NCBI GenBank assembly: GCA_030167865.1
Contig: JALAGF010003145.1
Location: 62,001 to 126,000 of the forward strand
Origin: Craspedostauros australis
Taxonomy: Eukaryota
Direction of reading: 5' to 3'
Length of the DNA stretch: 64,000 nucleotides
The notes under the pieces are model-generated. The model had not been told where the DNA came from. It saw only the letters and a program-made list of their open reading frames with translations, and searched no databases. This document shows, one piece after another, positions 33,943 through 45,873 of the stretch. The first letter of the stretch is position 1. Every line of letters starts with the position of its first letter. Both the position numbers and the translations under genes were made by a program.

Positions 33943-35838
33943 TTACTCACTGTCATCATCGTCCGTATCTCTCGACGTGGTTGAGAACCTCGTGCAGTGC
34001 GTTGATCCATACATGGAATCTGAAAAGTGCTTTGTCGCTTCTGCAGCCGCTTCTGCCAAGCCGAGGCACTCGTTGTGGGTTTCGCTGAAGAGCGAAATCC
34101 GCTTTTCCTTGATCTTCTCGTCCCGTGCATCCAGCGCTGGACACACCATGAGAAGCATGTAGAGGACGATGAAGATCACATGCAAGGCCTCCCAGCTCTG
34201 GTTGGCATGGGCGAAATTGACCAGCGTTGCCTGGAGTAGCTGCGTGACACCAGCCAAGGTGAACCCGACTCCCAGCAGCATGCCGAAGTACTTGAATCCC
34301 AGCCTGTCGGTCAGCGATGCGATGAAGACGGGGTAGAGGAACTGCCGGAAGAGGCTGTACATGTAGAAGCTCGTCTTCATGATGAGTGGATGGTGTCCGG
34401 CGAACAGCATGGAGAGCATCTGCGCCTGGCCGATGAATAGCGTCACGTAGGTTGCCGAAACGACCCCGAACCTATCGATGTAGGCTCCAGAGATGATGGA
34501 CGCAAACGTTCCGAGGGACATCGCGACCGTGAAGTCCACGACCAGATCGTGCTGGACGTCTTGTGGGAATTCATGTCTATCATCGAGCTCCGTATTGAGC
34601 GATGCGACTGTGAAGGCTGTCGAGAAGGCGGGGACGATGAAGACCAGAAGCGCACGCCCGAACGCCCAGCTGAACAGCTGATCCTTGAAGGGATGATCCT
34701 TCAGGCTGATCGCTTGGGAGTTGAGGTTTGGTTCGTCACCCTCGAGGGCAAACTCGGACATGAGGAACGAGTCCGAACGGAGGAGCATCTTCTCGTCGTC
34801 TCGCAAGTACGAATCCAAAGGTGCCGTCATTATCAGCGATGCGCGCTGCGCTCGCGTGGTGTCCACTCCGTACATGTCGGCCTTCTCGTGCCAGAGTTTG
34901 GGCTCGGCGTAGATGCTGATCCGACTGCGACGCGCGCAGCGCGGTCGTGGGCTGCCCATGTCGTCCATCTCGTCCGCGTCGGGCTTCTCGTGCCAGAGCT
35001 TGGGCACCGCGTACGTGCTGATGCGACTGCGACGGGCGCGCAGCGGGGTGATTTCTTCCTGGAGATCCATGTCGTCGATGCCGAGCTTCTCGTGCCAGAG
35101 CTTGGGCACTGCGTACGTGCTGATGCGACTGTGGCGGGCGCGCAGCGGGGTGAGCTCTTCCTCGATATCCTCCTCATCCATTTCTACATCGTCGATGACG
35201 CAAACTGCTGGGTCCTCGCGTTCGTAGGGCGTGTCTGGGTAGACCTTGGCCGCGATGACGCCGATGAGCACCACCACGAAGAAATAGTACTGGAAGATAG
35301 TTTCGTACGTGATGTGGTCGTAAGTTGCCCAGGCGAAATCGAAAACGGCGAAGACGGAAAAGCTCATGGCGACGGATCCGCTGAGGATGCTCATCATGAG
35401 GTATTCATTTCGCGGGAAGAGGTTTGAGATGTGGATGATGCAAGACGTGACGCCGGGACCTCCAAAGGCCAGGATGCTCATCCCGATCATGATGGAATGG
35501 TAGGATTCCGACTGCGCCACCACCTGCGACCCGAGAGCGACGAGAGCGGAGGACACGATGGAGCACATTCTGGGACCGAAGCAATCCAGCACGCTTCCGA
35601 GAAGGAGAGACGAGATCATCGCCAAGCTGGATGCCACGGTGAAGATGGCGGTGGTCTGAGCAGGCGTCAACGCAGCGCCGCCTTCCTCCTTGCTGGCGGC
35701 CAGCACGGATCGATCGATGCTGGCCCAGCCGAAGATGATCCCTCCCATCAGCCCATTGTGGACGATGGCGAAACCAAACTTGGCCATGCGGGAGGCTGTC
35801 GACATTGGTGCCGGCTTGCTCATCTCGTGGTCCTGCAT
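33943..35838 (-). CDS. MFS transporter, SLC43/LAT3/FMP42-like
   Basis: Motifs GGIIFGWASI, LLLGSVLDCFGPR, HISNLFP and RLGFKYFGMLLG. About 12 hydrophobic segments with a long central hydrophilic loop. Confidence 0.85.
   Translation of the reverse strand: MQDHEMSKPAPMSTASRMAKFGFAIVHNGLMGGIIFGWASIDRSVLAASKEEGGAALTPAQTTAIFTVASSLAMISSLLLGSVLDCFGPRMCSIVSSALVALGSQVVAQSESYHSIMIGMSILAFGGPGVTSCIIHISNLFPRNEYLMMSILSGSVAMSFSVFAVFDFAWATYDHITYETIFQYYFFVVVLIGVIAAKVYPDTPYEREDPAVCVIDDVEMDEEDIEEELTPLRARHSRISTYAVPKLWHEKLGIDDMDLQEEITPLRARRSRISTYAVPKLWHEKPDADEMDDMGSPRPRCARRSRISIYAEPKLWHEKADMYGVDTTRAQRASLIMTAPLDSYLRDDEKMLLRSDSFLMSEFALEGDEPNLNSQAISLKDHPFKDQLFSWAFGRALLVFIVPAFSTAFTVASLNTELDDRHEFPQDVQHDLVVDFTVAMSLGTFASIISGAYIDRFGVVSATYVTLFIGQAQMLSMLFAGHHPLIMKTSFYMYSLFRQFLYPVFIASLTDRLGFKYFGMLLGVGFTLAGVTQLLQATLVNFAHANQSWEALHVIFIVLYMLLMVCPALDARDEKIKEKRISLFSETHNECLGLAEAAAEATKHFSDSMYGSTHCTRFSTTSRDTDDDDSE
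34880..35170 (-). repeat. Coding tandem repeat, about 3 x 102 nt (34 aa)
   Basis: The marker cttctcgtgccagag recurs at 34882, 34984 and 35086. Unit translates as (EE.TP)LRARRSRISTYAVPKLWHEK. Confidence 0.95.
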
Positions 35839-37497
35839 CTTCGCGCTGTTTCGTGGTGTCGTGGTTATATTGATGCTTGGAGAATTATAGTGCTTTCGTT
35901 GTCTTGCTCATTGATTGTTCGATTGCTTGTCTAAGGAAGAGTAGGTCGTAGGTAGTCAAGCTCGTGAAGAGTGTGGAGTTATGAGCACTGTTGGAGTATG
36001 CTGCGGATGCCACTCGTGGAAGCGCGGTGTGAGCGAGGTTGCCGTGGGGCAGTACTGGTGCCACGATTTGATGTGTAGGGACGTGATATCAGACCATGTT
36101 ATGCACCGTTTTGGGTTCGATGCCAGCACAGAGTGTGCGAGCGTAACTTTCTATTCCTCTCCACCAACCACGGGATATTTTCGGCCACGCTCGATAGGCG
36201 AAAAGCTCGAAATGGAGGGACGTTTCGAGTCTTTGGAGACAACACCGGGGCTTGGCACGCGTGATCTCCGTCTTCTTGTCCGTCTGCTTTGGCGTGATGC
36301 TTCGTGAAGTGGTGGCTGGTGGCTCTTGGAGACGCGGGCTGGTCCTTTCTTTTGGTGGTCCAAACTTGATTGGATAAGCCCTCAATCGAGGGGCTCGATG
36401 GTCACCACGTGCGAAAGCGAAGCCGCGCACGAGTCACGCGGTTGTTAATTATTGCACGATCGTGCCGCACAATCGTCGTATCAATGCGGTGTTACGGGTA
36501 GTCACAAACGGGGGCCCGATGACTCTTGCAAATTCTTCCTGGTTGCCACGAACCATACTCGCAGAGCACGACCACGAACTACGCGCGTTCAGTTTTTCGG
36601 AAGGTTGCGGCAAATTATTTAATTGTCGAAACTTTAGTGCACACCCGTCTGGATTGTTCCTCATGTTTCGCACAGAACATGCGCACAATAGTTGTGAGTA
36701 ACAACAATTCAACCGTCAGAATGTCTTCAATTAATGACAAGGAGAAGAGCGGAAGAAGAGTCTGGCCGAAGTGACACATCAATCCCGTGACATTGTCAAA
36801 GTCCCCATTCAACACAAATGAGAACATCACATCATCGACAAAGCTTCGATTCTTGGTCAAAAGACGCAGCAAGGAAAAGCAAGAAACAGAACACGACACC
36901 ACCAACCAGTGAGCGGACTTGTGTGTTGACTGCATGCAACCCACCACAACACCCCTTCCGATTTGCTCGGCGTGCCAAAACTGCTTTCAAACCGTTCTGC
37001 GAACATCACCTCTCTGTGATGCAATCGAAGCCTTCTTCACACAAGAGTGACTCGCGATCAACCGTTCCGCTGGTCCAAAGATCCAACTCCAACCATGAGC
37101 GCCGTGATTGTCACCATGTCACCATGTCACCTCCACTTTGATCAACTGCGCCCAGCAGCAACAGCGACAGCGACGGCAGTAGCAACAACGACAACGACAA
37201 CGACAACATCTCCATTGACAGATCGTACCCCACCAAACAAAAGCGGCAACAGCATAAAATACTATTCTATAACCCAGCAACCAAGCAAGCCACCGAACCA
37301 CACTGCATGCAACAACGAAAAGAGGCAAGGCCGACACAAGCACGAGTGTGCCCACAGCAACACAATCGAAATCAAAAACAGAAACGGCGTGAACCAGAGC
37401 AACAGGCAGTAGCAACAGTGGCAACGATAGCAGTGGCAACAGTATCAGCGGCAACGGTAGATCGTAACTGCTCATCTCAACAAGAAAGAGAAGGAAG

Positions 37498-39763
37498 ATG
37501 ACATCGCTGTCCGCCGGCAACGATGCCAAGCCCGCGGTGGGGGACAAGGCTGCAATCCACATGTACAAATCGCACGAGGGCGAGCATCCTGGGGATTTCA
37601 GCGACCACAGCATGAAGATAACGCGATCGACCTACATCTTCGCGATGTGCGCTGCCATCAACTCGTGCAACCTCGGCTATGACATCGGGGTGAATACCAA
37701 TGCAGGACCGTTGATCCAGAGAGACCTCGGTCTGTCGAGACAGGAGAGAGAGATCTTCATCGGCGCCCTCAACTTCTGGTCCATGTTCGGCTCCCTCGTT
37801 GCGCAGTGGATCTCGGATCGGTACGGCCGGAGACGTTCGTTCATGGTGGCGGCCGTCTCCTTTCTCTTTGGGATCGTCATCATGGCCATTGCTCAATCCT
37901 ACACAGTGCTGATGATTGGGCGAGTATTCGTCGGTCTCGCGATTGGATTCGGCCTTGCGGTAAGCTGAGTTGTGACGTGCATGGCGCGATGGCATTGCAT
38001 GCGGAGTTGCGCCATGGATTCGGATGACTACTTTACTTCATGACGCCCTGTGCGACTCGGCGTGGTCAACGCTCCGCCCGTGCAAGCATCACAGAAGTCA
38101 CCGATACAAAGAGTTCTCATCCTGTTGTCGCTGCATTGGTCACCACCATACGCGTTCTCAGTATTATGCATTCGTTCGCATTTCTTCATGCGGATCATCT
38201 GCGCCCCCTTTCTTTCTCACCCATCCACTTGCAATAAACGCATGCATTACACATCCAATTGCCGCACTCGTTCGTTCGGTTACAATCACGCACAACCAAT
38301 GCACGGTCGATGCACATGACCATGCGTCACACATACCAATACATACCAATACATACCAACACACTCTCTAGGTTGATCCCCTGTACATCGCAGAAATATC
38401 ACCCGCCTCCCATCGCGGTGAATTGGTGACATGGAGCGAGATCGCCACAAACGTGGGCATCGTCTTGGGCTTTGCCTCCGGTTTGGTGTTCTACTCGCTC
38501 GATGATGACATGGAATGGAGGGTGCTATTCCTCATGGGCGGAATCTTGCCAATCGTCATGATCATCCTCGTGTCCACCGTGATGCCGGAATCGCCGCGCT
38601 GGCTTGTCGCTCAAGGGCGCGAATCGGAGGCAAAGGATGTGCTGCGCCAGATCTACCCCAACGATTTCAATATCGACCCCATCGTGCAAGGTATCACGGA
38701 GGCCATCGAAAGAGAGGAGCTGGCGGAGCACGCGGTGGGATGGAACATCATCTTCTTCCCCACACCCGCCGTGCGTCGGATGTTGATGGTCGGCGTGGGA
38801 ACGGCCATCGCACAGCAAGCGGTCGGAATCGATGCCATCCAGAACTATCTCATCGACGTGCTGGAAAAGGCCGGCATCGAATCCGGCCGGGGGCAGCTCT
38901 GGCTTCTCATCCTCCTCGGCGTCATCAAGCTTGTCTTCATCGTCCTGGGCGGAAAGCTATTTGATCGGCGCGGCCGCAAGCCTCTCCTTTTGTTGTCGCT
39001 CGGAGGTACGTCGTGGTTTGCGAAATGATAGTGCTGTATGCATCGTTTCCGGTGCTTGGTGCGGTTGAGAATATTCTTTGTTTCTGCACTGTGCAATGCT
39101 GGCCGATTCGGCTTGTGTTCAGTCTGGATGCCGCGTTGGGATTTGGGGGAGCGCCTGTCAGGGCACCTGATTGGTCTCTCACACCACCCCACGCCACATC
39201 ACACACGTCACAACAACTCACAACGTTCTCTTGGCTTGCTTCATCCACTACGGTCGCACCTCATCCGCTCATGATACACGTCAGGTATGATGGTGTCGCT
39301 GATCGTGGTCAGCATCACCTTTGTGGACGATGTCAACACATCCGAGGCATCGATCGCCGTTGTTGGGCTGGGCTTCTATCTCGCATTCTTCAGCATCGGC
39401 ATGGGCCCGGGTGCCTGGTTGATCCCTTCGGAAGTCTTTCCAAGCAGCGTCCGCACCAAGGCGATGAGCGTCGCGACCTTCTTCAACCGCTTGACGGGGA
39501 CCTTGATGTCCTCCACCTTCCTTTCCACTGCATCGGCGATGAGTTGGACGGGGGCCTTCCTGCTGCTTGCCGCCGTCTGCACAATATCGGCGCTCTTCAT
39601 CTTCTTCTATCTGCCAGAAACGAAAGGCAGGTCGTTGGAGGATATGTCCATGTACTTTGCCGAAATCACCGGCGATCAAAGCTTGCTGGAGGCGGAAGAC
39701 AAGGCCGTGGAGAAGCGACGATCTACCGCAGCGGCAGAGATCGAGGCAGTCACACTCAGCTAG
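37498..39763 (+). CDS. Sugar porter (MFS; polyol/monosaccharide transporter-like)
   Basis: Exons 37498-37959, 38372-39005 and 39285-39763. Motifs LGYDIG, SDRYGRR, LYIAEISPASHRG, MPESPRWL, QQAVGIDA, DRRGRKPLL, WLIPSEVFP and LPETKGRSLE. Confidence 0.95.
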
Positions 39764-40411
39764 TGGCAGCAGCCGAAGTATCTGAGGGCCATCCCATTTC
39801 GCGTTGACCCCTGCTTCTCAGTTGCGTCTTCATCTTTCATATCTCGTATCTCGTGTACGTGCAACAAATCATCCAACTCATCCAACTCACCCAGGACAAC
39901 TTCGCTCGTCTGCTCAATGGTCTTGGAGGTCAAAGGTGCAACTTCGTGAACCAAATCAATGCGGGTATATCTGCTACAGCATACGCTGCGATTGGGACAA
40001 CTAGGATCAGCATGAAGGTCAACATGGGGCAGACCAGCAGCCCATCGCACATTGGAGTAAGAGTAGGATACCCACACTACGTACGTATCATCCTCAAAAG
40101 GCTAATAATCGTCGTCATCAGATTCGTTGCTGCCCTCCGCGCTTGACATTTCCTTGTTGTCTGTGCTCGCATTACTCCACCATGCAGACACTTGCAGAAC
40201 ACTGCTCGTTGCCACGAGGACATACTCTCCAGAGTGCATCACGCTGGAATAGTATGATGGACCCAGGTGCTTGATTCGCAGCCCTCTATCTCGACTTACT
40301 CCCACGTTGTTCATCCATGAGTGTCCCTACATCTGTGCCACTCAGAACAACCATTGACGCAGAAGCGTCACTTCGTACTTGACATCAGCTGCAGTTCTGC
40401 CCCGCTCTCGT

Positions 40412-42094
40412 TCACGTGAGCTTCTCCAAATAGGTGACAACTCCGTAATACAAGAATCCTTCGCGCCGAACGCACTCGAGTGGAGTCTTCCCATCGTCGT
40501 TGCGAGCATTGAGATCAGCTCCACACGACTCCATCAGATACTTCACAACCTTCAAATACTCGCCATGAAGGCTAGTTGAACATACTGAGTGGAGCAAGGT
40601 GTTTCCATGTGCATCTCGGGTGCTGATATCCGCCCTACGTGACACCAGCCACCTCATGGCATCCAAATTGCCGAATCTGCATGCTCTCTGGAGTGCCGTT
40701 TCTCCATTTCCCCCTCGAATGTGGATATCCGCTCCGCATGACTCCACCAGATACGTCACTGTACTTATTTCGAAGAAAAGAATCGCCATGTGAAACGCGG
40801 TATCTCCTCTGTCATCCTGGACATTGACATCCACCCCACATGACCCTGCCAGATACTTCGCGACTTCAAAATGACCGTGCATGAGTGCCGTGCAAAATGC
40901 CAAGCGCCAATTATTCTCCTGTATGTTGACATCTGCTTGGCATGACTCTACGAGATACTGCACAATATTCAAGTGACCATTTTCGCACGTCTCACAAAGT
41001 GCCCTTTCCAGCTCATAACGGCCAAGGCCTCCATCCATCGTCAGAAACTTCATCAAATACTTCGCAACTTCCAGATGACCATTGAAGAACGCATGATCCA
41101 ACGCAGATCCGCGATAGCTGGCTCTGATGGTGATATCTGGCGTGCAGGACTCCACAAGATATTTCACAACATTCAAATGTCCGTTGGAGGATGCAACGTG
41201 AAGGGGCGTCTGTTCGTGCTTGTTTTGAAGATTGATATTGGCTCTGCGTGATGTCATGATGCATTTCACGATGTCCAGATGCCCGTTGGAGCATGCAACA
41301 TGAAGCGCTGCATCTTTGCTGTCTCCGTGTTGGATATTGAGATTCACCTTCAAGGATTTCGCCAAGCACTTGACGACGTCCGAATTGGTACTGAAACATG
41401 CCTGTCGCAGCACAGTATTGCCATCATTGTTTTGGAGATTGGCATCCAGCGTATCTGACCCCAATAAATACTTCATCACATCGACGTGACCCTTCAAACA
41501 CGCATTGTGCAGTGCGGTGTTGCCGTAGTTATCCTGGATGTTGACTTTGGCTTCACATGGCCCGACCAGGTATTCCACAACATCCAGATGACCCTGAAGA
41601 CATGCACCATGGAGTACTGTTCCGCCTGCGACGTCTTGGCTGGTCACATCTGCACCGAAGGATTCTACCAAGGTTCTTCCGACATCCACATGACCTTCAA
41701 AGCAGGCGTCGTGGAGGGCAGTCTTGCCTTGCGTATCTTGGAGATCGACATCGATGCTCGGCAAGTCTGCCAGGTATGACACCACATCCAAGTTGCCTTG
41801 AGCACATGCGTAATGGAGTGCGGCCTCGCCATCGTCAGATTGGACGCTGGGATCGGCTTCGCAGGATTCCACCAAGTGCAACACCATGTCAAGCTGCCCG
41901 CTGATGCATGCATGATGAAGCAGAGTCCTCTCAGCGCTGTCCTTGACTGTGTCGATGGAGGTCTGTGGGAAGCGGCGTTTCCATGCATCGATCAAGTCCA
42001 CATTGCCTTGTTGTGCGGCACGTATCAAGTCTAGGTTGCTGATGCTGATGCTGTCGCTGTTACCGGCGGCGGCAGCCGAGAGAGAGTCTTTCAT
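40412..42094 (-). CDS. Ankyrin-repeat protein (about 15-16 repeats, no other domain seen)
   Basis: Recurring G.TALH.AC..GHLDVV.YLVESC.ADVN.QD units. Intronless. Start taken at MKDSL (42094). Confidence 0.92.
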   Translation of the reverse strand: MKDSLSAAAAGNSDSISISNLDLIRAAQQGNVDLIDAWKRRFPQTSIDTVKDSAERTLLHHACISGQLDMVLHLVESCEADPSVQSDDGEAALHYACAQGNLDVVSYLADLPSIDVDLQDTQGKTALHDACFEGHVDVGRTLVESFGADVTSQDVAGGTVLHGACLQGHLDVVEYLVGPCEAKVNIQDNYGNTALHNACLKGHVDVMKYLLGSDTLDANLQNNDGNTVLRQACFSTNSDVVKCLAKSLKVNLNIQHGDSKDAALHVACSNGHLDIVKCIMTSRRANINLQNKHEQTPLHVASSNGHLNVVKYLVESCTPDITIRASYRGSALDHAFFNGHLEVAKYLMKFLTMDGGLGRYELERALCETCENGHLNIVQYLVESCQADVNIQENNWRLAFCTALMHGHFEVAKYLAGSCGVDVNVQDDRGDTAFHMAILFFEISTVTYLVESCGADIHIRGGNGETALQRACRFGNLDAMRWLVSRRADISTRDAHGNTLLHSVCSTSLHGEYLKVVKYLMESCGADLNARNDDGKTPLECVRREGFLYYGVVTYLEKLT

Positions 42095-43677
42095 GTTTGT
42101 ATTGTGGTGTGCGGTGGTGAGGCCATCGTTGAGGATATTGCTCGTGCGTATTGGCAACACGAACAAGAAGCCAAGTGACAGCAGATTGAATACCATGAGA
42201 CAGTTTCAAAAGCGAACGTGGGTGATAGATGGGATGAAGTGAGGTGTGGAGTGCAATGCAGTGCACCAGAGTATCTTGAGACAGAATAGAGCAGTCAGGA
42301 AGGTGGTTGCTCGGAGGCGTGAATGGGCAATGTCTTGGCCCAGTACTTGATAATAGTTGCCACTTGCTACTTGCTCATTTGGTACCTCGATACCAACAGT
42401 TCGGTGGCTCGTTTGGTTCGTCTGGAGATGTTTGAAGTTATGCCGCGTTTCCACATTTTATGGTAGGATGTCATGAAGGGTGACTTTTTATGTCGCTTGC
42501 TTCTGATTGTTTGGGTTGATCAAGAGCGTTGTTGCTAGTGGCGGTATCAGTGTGGATAGGGGTGTATTGACTCGACTGTGTGCCGTGCTTTATACTGTTG
42601 GCATCCATGAGCGTGGACGGAAATGCAACTATCACCGTGGATGTCAGCGTGGACACACACGCACGTGTGTGTAATAGTCGTGATGTTGGCTTTCGTGTAC
42701 ATGCATGGTATGGTATGGCACCATGGAGTATTCACAGCCTGAAAGCGTCGATCGGATCGTGTGGGACTGTTCCTGCTGCCTTGCAGAGTGGAGTGAGCTT
42801 CTTCGTCCGTTCACGTGTCGGCCGTTGAACGCCATCATCTCCTTCCCGCGCGGTAGACGGATAATAGGATACGCGTGCAGCACAGATGTGATGCGGATCA
42901 ATAACACTCGTGCTCGCAGAGTGATGGTATTTGTTTGATCGTGGAGACAAGATTCGCAACGGTGGTCCTTGGCTTATCGAACCTCGCGGAGTACACCTTG
43001 CTTCAGCGTCATCTCATGGTCGGTCGGAGTTTGTTGCGTTGGACGGCATCTGCTGCCAGGAGCGGGATGGTGTCGGCACTCATCAACTGTTTCCACTGGC
43101 TCGTTCGTTGCACGAGTAGCTCGTATAATACCACACAAGACTACTCAACTCTCCTTGTGTGCTACGTGAGTGCCACACTACTTCTCCGTTGGAACAGTGA
43201 TTGGTAGAGTATGGGACAAGTACTATGTGCGTACTCGTATGCATCATTATTATGGTCGTCTCCTACTCATCATCCACATCGGCCTCACCTGTCGCCATCT
43301 TCCTGGCGTCGGGACCGTTCATGATGTGCTTGGTTGTGGTTGGGAATTGACTCGTCGGATTCAACAATGATACCAGTCCTACGAGACAAGTAGAAATGAA
43401 ACTACCGTTTGGTCGTAGTCTATGTTAGGAGAAATACACCTATGCCAAATATGTTAGAGTGCTACGAGCTAGACATACCAGTACTTGCATGCATGTCACA
43501 GAATAAATTGCTTCTTGTTGCAGGAGTAGAGCATGGTGTACGCTATCCTCTATGCCTCATGCTTTGGACGCGTGGTGACTTTATTGTTGCTTCGCTGCTG
43601 GCATTGTTGTGGTGCGTGGTGGTGTTTCAACAAACGCAAGGACAGGACGCCTGAACAATGCACTTGCTCGACTCTTG

Positions 43678-45123
43678 CTAATTCATCATGCGCGACACCA
43701 TGTTGACCTTGGGTGGCTTGGAGAACCAGATGTAATCCGACACCTTCGCCTGGTACTTCAGTGTTTTGGAACCTGTGCCAATCTCCAGTCGCATGTACCG
43801 GCTCTTCGACAGTGTGGTTTCCGCCGTTGGGTTCAGCAGGATGGTCGTCACAGCGTCTTCCGTCACCTTGGTCGACGCCTTGCCGCCCTGCTGCTGGCGC
43901 AGATAGGAGTAGACGCGCGGGATGCGACCGTTCATGCCCTGCAGGTATCGCACATCGGCGATGGGGGCCACGAGGAAGACCAACGAATCCGGACGCGAAA
44001 CGGAATACGCGGCAGCGACCGTCGCGGCGGTCTCATGCACCAATATTCGTTCCGCGAAGAAATTACCGGGCGCATCCTGCGGTGCCTGCGGCTGGAAGTC
44101 CTTGAGCAGGGATCGATCCGTGTAGAGGCGGAATTTGGGGTCGCCGGATAGAGCGATGAACCCCTCGGTGTCGGCGACGTAGCTGCTGCGTCGTGCGGGG
44201 TCCACATTCTGCAATCCCTGCTGGCGCGCTGTGACGACATCCTCGAATTCGGGCGCTGCCGCGAGCAGCCGGATGGACCTCTTCTTGGCGTTGATCAGCA
44301 GTGGCATGTACGTCACCAGCATGGGTTCCGACACACCCTTGCTCACCAAGGCGTTCTGAAGCGTGGCGCTATCACCCGTTGCGGCGAAGGCATCCAGATC
44401 GGACTGCGAGCTCAGCGGAACGAATGGCAATGCCATCGCCGTTTGCCCCTTGCGCTTGGACATGATGCCGTCCACGAGGCCGCTCGCCAGCTCCACGTCC
44501 TCCGATGTCACGGTCGGTGGCATGCCGAAGCAAACGAAGGACGCGAAGCCTTCTCCTTGGCGCTTTTCCTTGGTCTCGGTGAGACCGAACGTGGTCTGCA
44601 CGGCATCGATGGTACCGAACACGAGCTTGTTGAGTATGTTGTTGAGGTTGATGGTGTCAGCCTTGACGGCCACCTTGTCCGTGCCGGAACCCTTCCCCAG
44701 CTTCTTCAGCATATCCAGTTGTTTGGGAGCCGTCGCGAAGGGTATCATGGTCGGTGGCTGCGTGCTGTCCACGAAGAACATGGTGGGACGCTTGGCCGGT
44801 GTGAAGGTATCGTCCGCTGCGATGGCATCCTGGAGGTAGGTGCCGCCTCCCATCATGCCGCCGGCCGAAAGCATGAAACCGCGTGCGATGGTGGATTTGA
44901 ACGCATCACGTCGCGACATCTCGTCATCGCCCATCCAGCTGGGCAATGCCGTACGAGCATCATTCTGCCTGTCTCCTTCGCTTTCCTCCCCAACATGTTG
45001 TCTCAGGCCTTCACGCCGTTGATGCCGATGGCTCGCAAGGTGGATGGTTGGAAGGTACGCCTCGCAGGTGGCGAGAGTGACCAGAAGCGCTGCCGCCACG
45101 CGAAATGAGGACGATCGCGGCAT
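43678..45123 (-). CDS. Plastid/thylakoid-lumen protein, ChaN/DUF399 (EreA-ChaN-like) family
   Basis: Signal peptide ...TCEA^YLP, twin-Arg SRRDAF, and AIA^AD processing site. C-terminal ERILVHETAA, DVRYLQGMNGRIPR, VTTILLNPT and DYIWFS resemble ChaN-like algal and plant proteins. Confidence 0.65.
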   Translation of the reverse strand: MPRSSSFRVAAALLVTLATCEAYLPTIHLASHRHQRREGLRQHVGEESEGDRQNDARTALPSWMGDDEMSRRDAFKSTIARGFMLSAGGMMGGGTYLQDAIAADDTFTPAKRPTMFFVDSTQPPTMIPFATAPKQLDMLKKLGKGSGTDKVAVKADTINLNNILNKLVFGTIDAVQTTFGLTETKEKRQGEGFASFVCFGMPPTVTSEDVELASGLVDGIMSKRKGQTAMALPFVPLSSQSDLDAFAATGDSATLQNALVSKGVSEPMLVTYMPLLINAKKRSIRLLAAAPEFEDVVTARQQGLQNVDPARRSSYVADTEGFIALSGDPKFRLYTDRSLLKDFQPQAPQDAPGNFFAERILVHETAATVAAAYSVSRPDSLVFLVAPIADVRYLQGMNGRIPRVYSYLRQQQGGKASTKVTEDAVTTILLNPTAETTLSKSRYMRLEIGTGSKTLKYQAKVSDYIWFSKPPKVNMVSRMMN

Positions 45124-45237
45124 GGTTCTTTCTGTTCCTATATCGCGTCTGCTCTATGACGCAATATCGCCGATTGCTGCTTGCTGATTGCTTGCGTGGA
45201 TTCTGTGGTACGAACGTCTGCGATGGTGGGATAGTTG

Positions 45238-45287
45238 GTCTGTGGACCTTCACTGCAAGTCTGTGGACCTTCACTGCAAGTCTGTGG
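45238..45287. repeat. Perfect 21-nt tandem duplication (about 2.4 copies)
   Basis: gtctgtggaccttcactgcaa gtctgtggaccttcactgcaa gtctgtgg. Confidence 0.95.
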
Positions 45288-45873
45288 GTGGTGTTTGTGT
45301 GGAGCAGCTCGGAGGTGTCCAGAATGGCTGTCGGCATTTGCTCTGTGTCGAGTGGTTCTCGATGATGTTTCAGCCAGCGCTTGCGTGCAAGGGCCGGAGG
45401 TGGTTGAAGTGTTTGGTTTTGTGTTCTCTGTGGTGTCTGACTGATCGGATTGTTTTGGCTTTTGTGATGTGATGTTCTTGGATCTTGGGATCCGAAGTGC
45501 GTCACGAACAAAGAAAGATGTCATGGTACCACGGATGTCACCTGGATCGAGCATAGTATATCTAATGATACTATTTTGAGAACACAACGATTTAAGCTTT
45601 TATGGTACCTGTTCTTTGTAGTACTGTTGAATATCTTGCAGTACTCATTCCATCAAGAGTCGTGAAATCGCAAAACTCGAATCGTCGCAAGTTGTCTCTT
45701 TCGGCCGACCAAAGATCGCACGACCACCCGTTGGCACTCATCACCACTGTCATCACTGCCACCAATAACTGCAACAACAGCAGAAGGACGTGACAACGGT
45801 GTCAAGCAGGTGATATCTTGTGAATGATGAGTAGATTTACAAGCCAGGAGTCGAATTTACGAGTACAATTACT

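Noticed and set aside
34880-35170. Regularly spaced repeats as a CRISPR-like array
   Set aside because: They are in frame inside a eukaryotic CDS, the intervening parts are homologous rather than unique spacers, and there are no cas genes.
42200-43670. Possible transposon or gene remnant upstream of the ankyrin gene
   Set aside because: No terminal repeats, RT/transposase motifs or coherent ORF found by eye.
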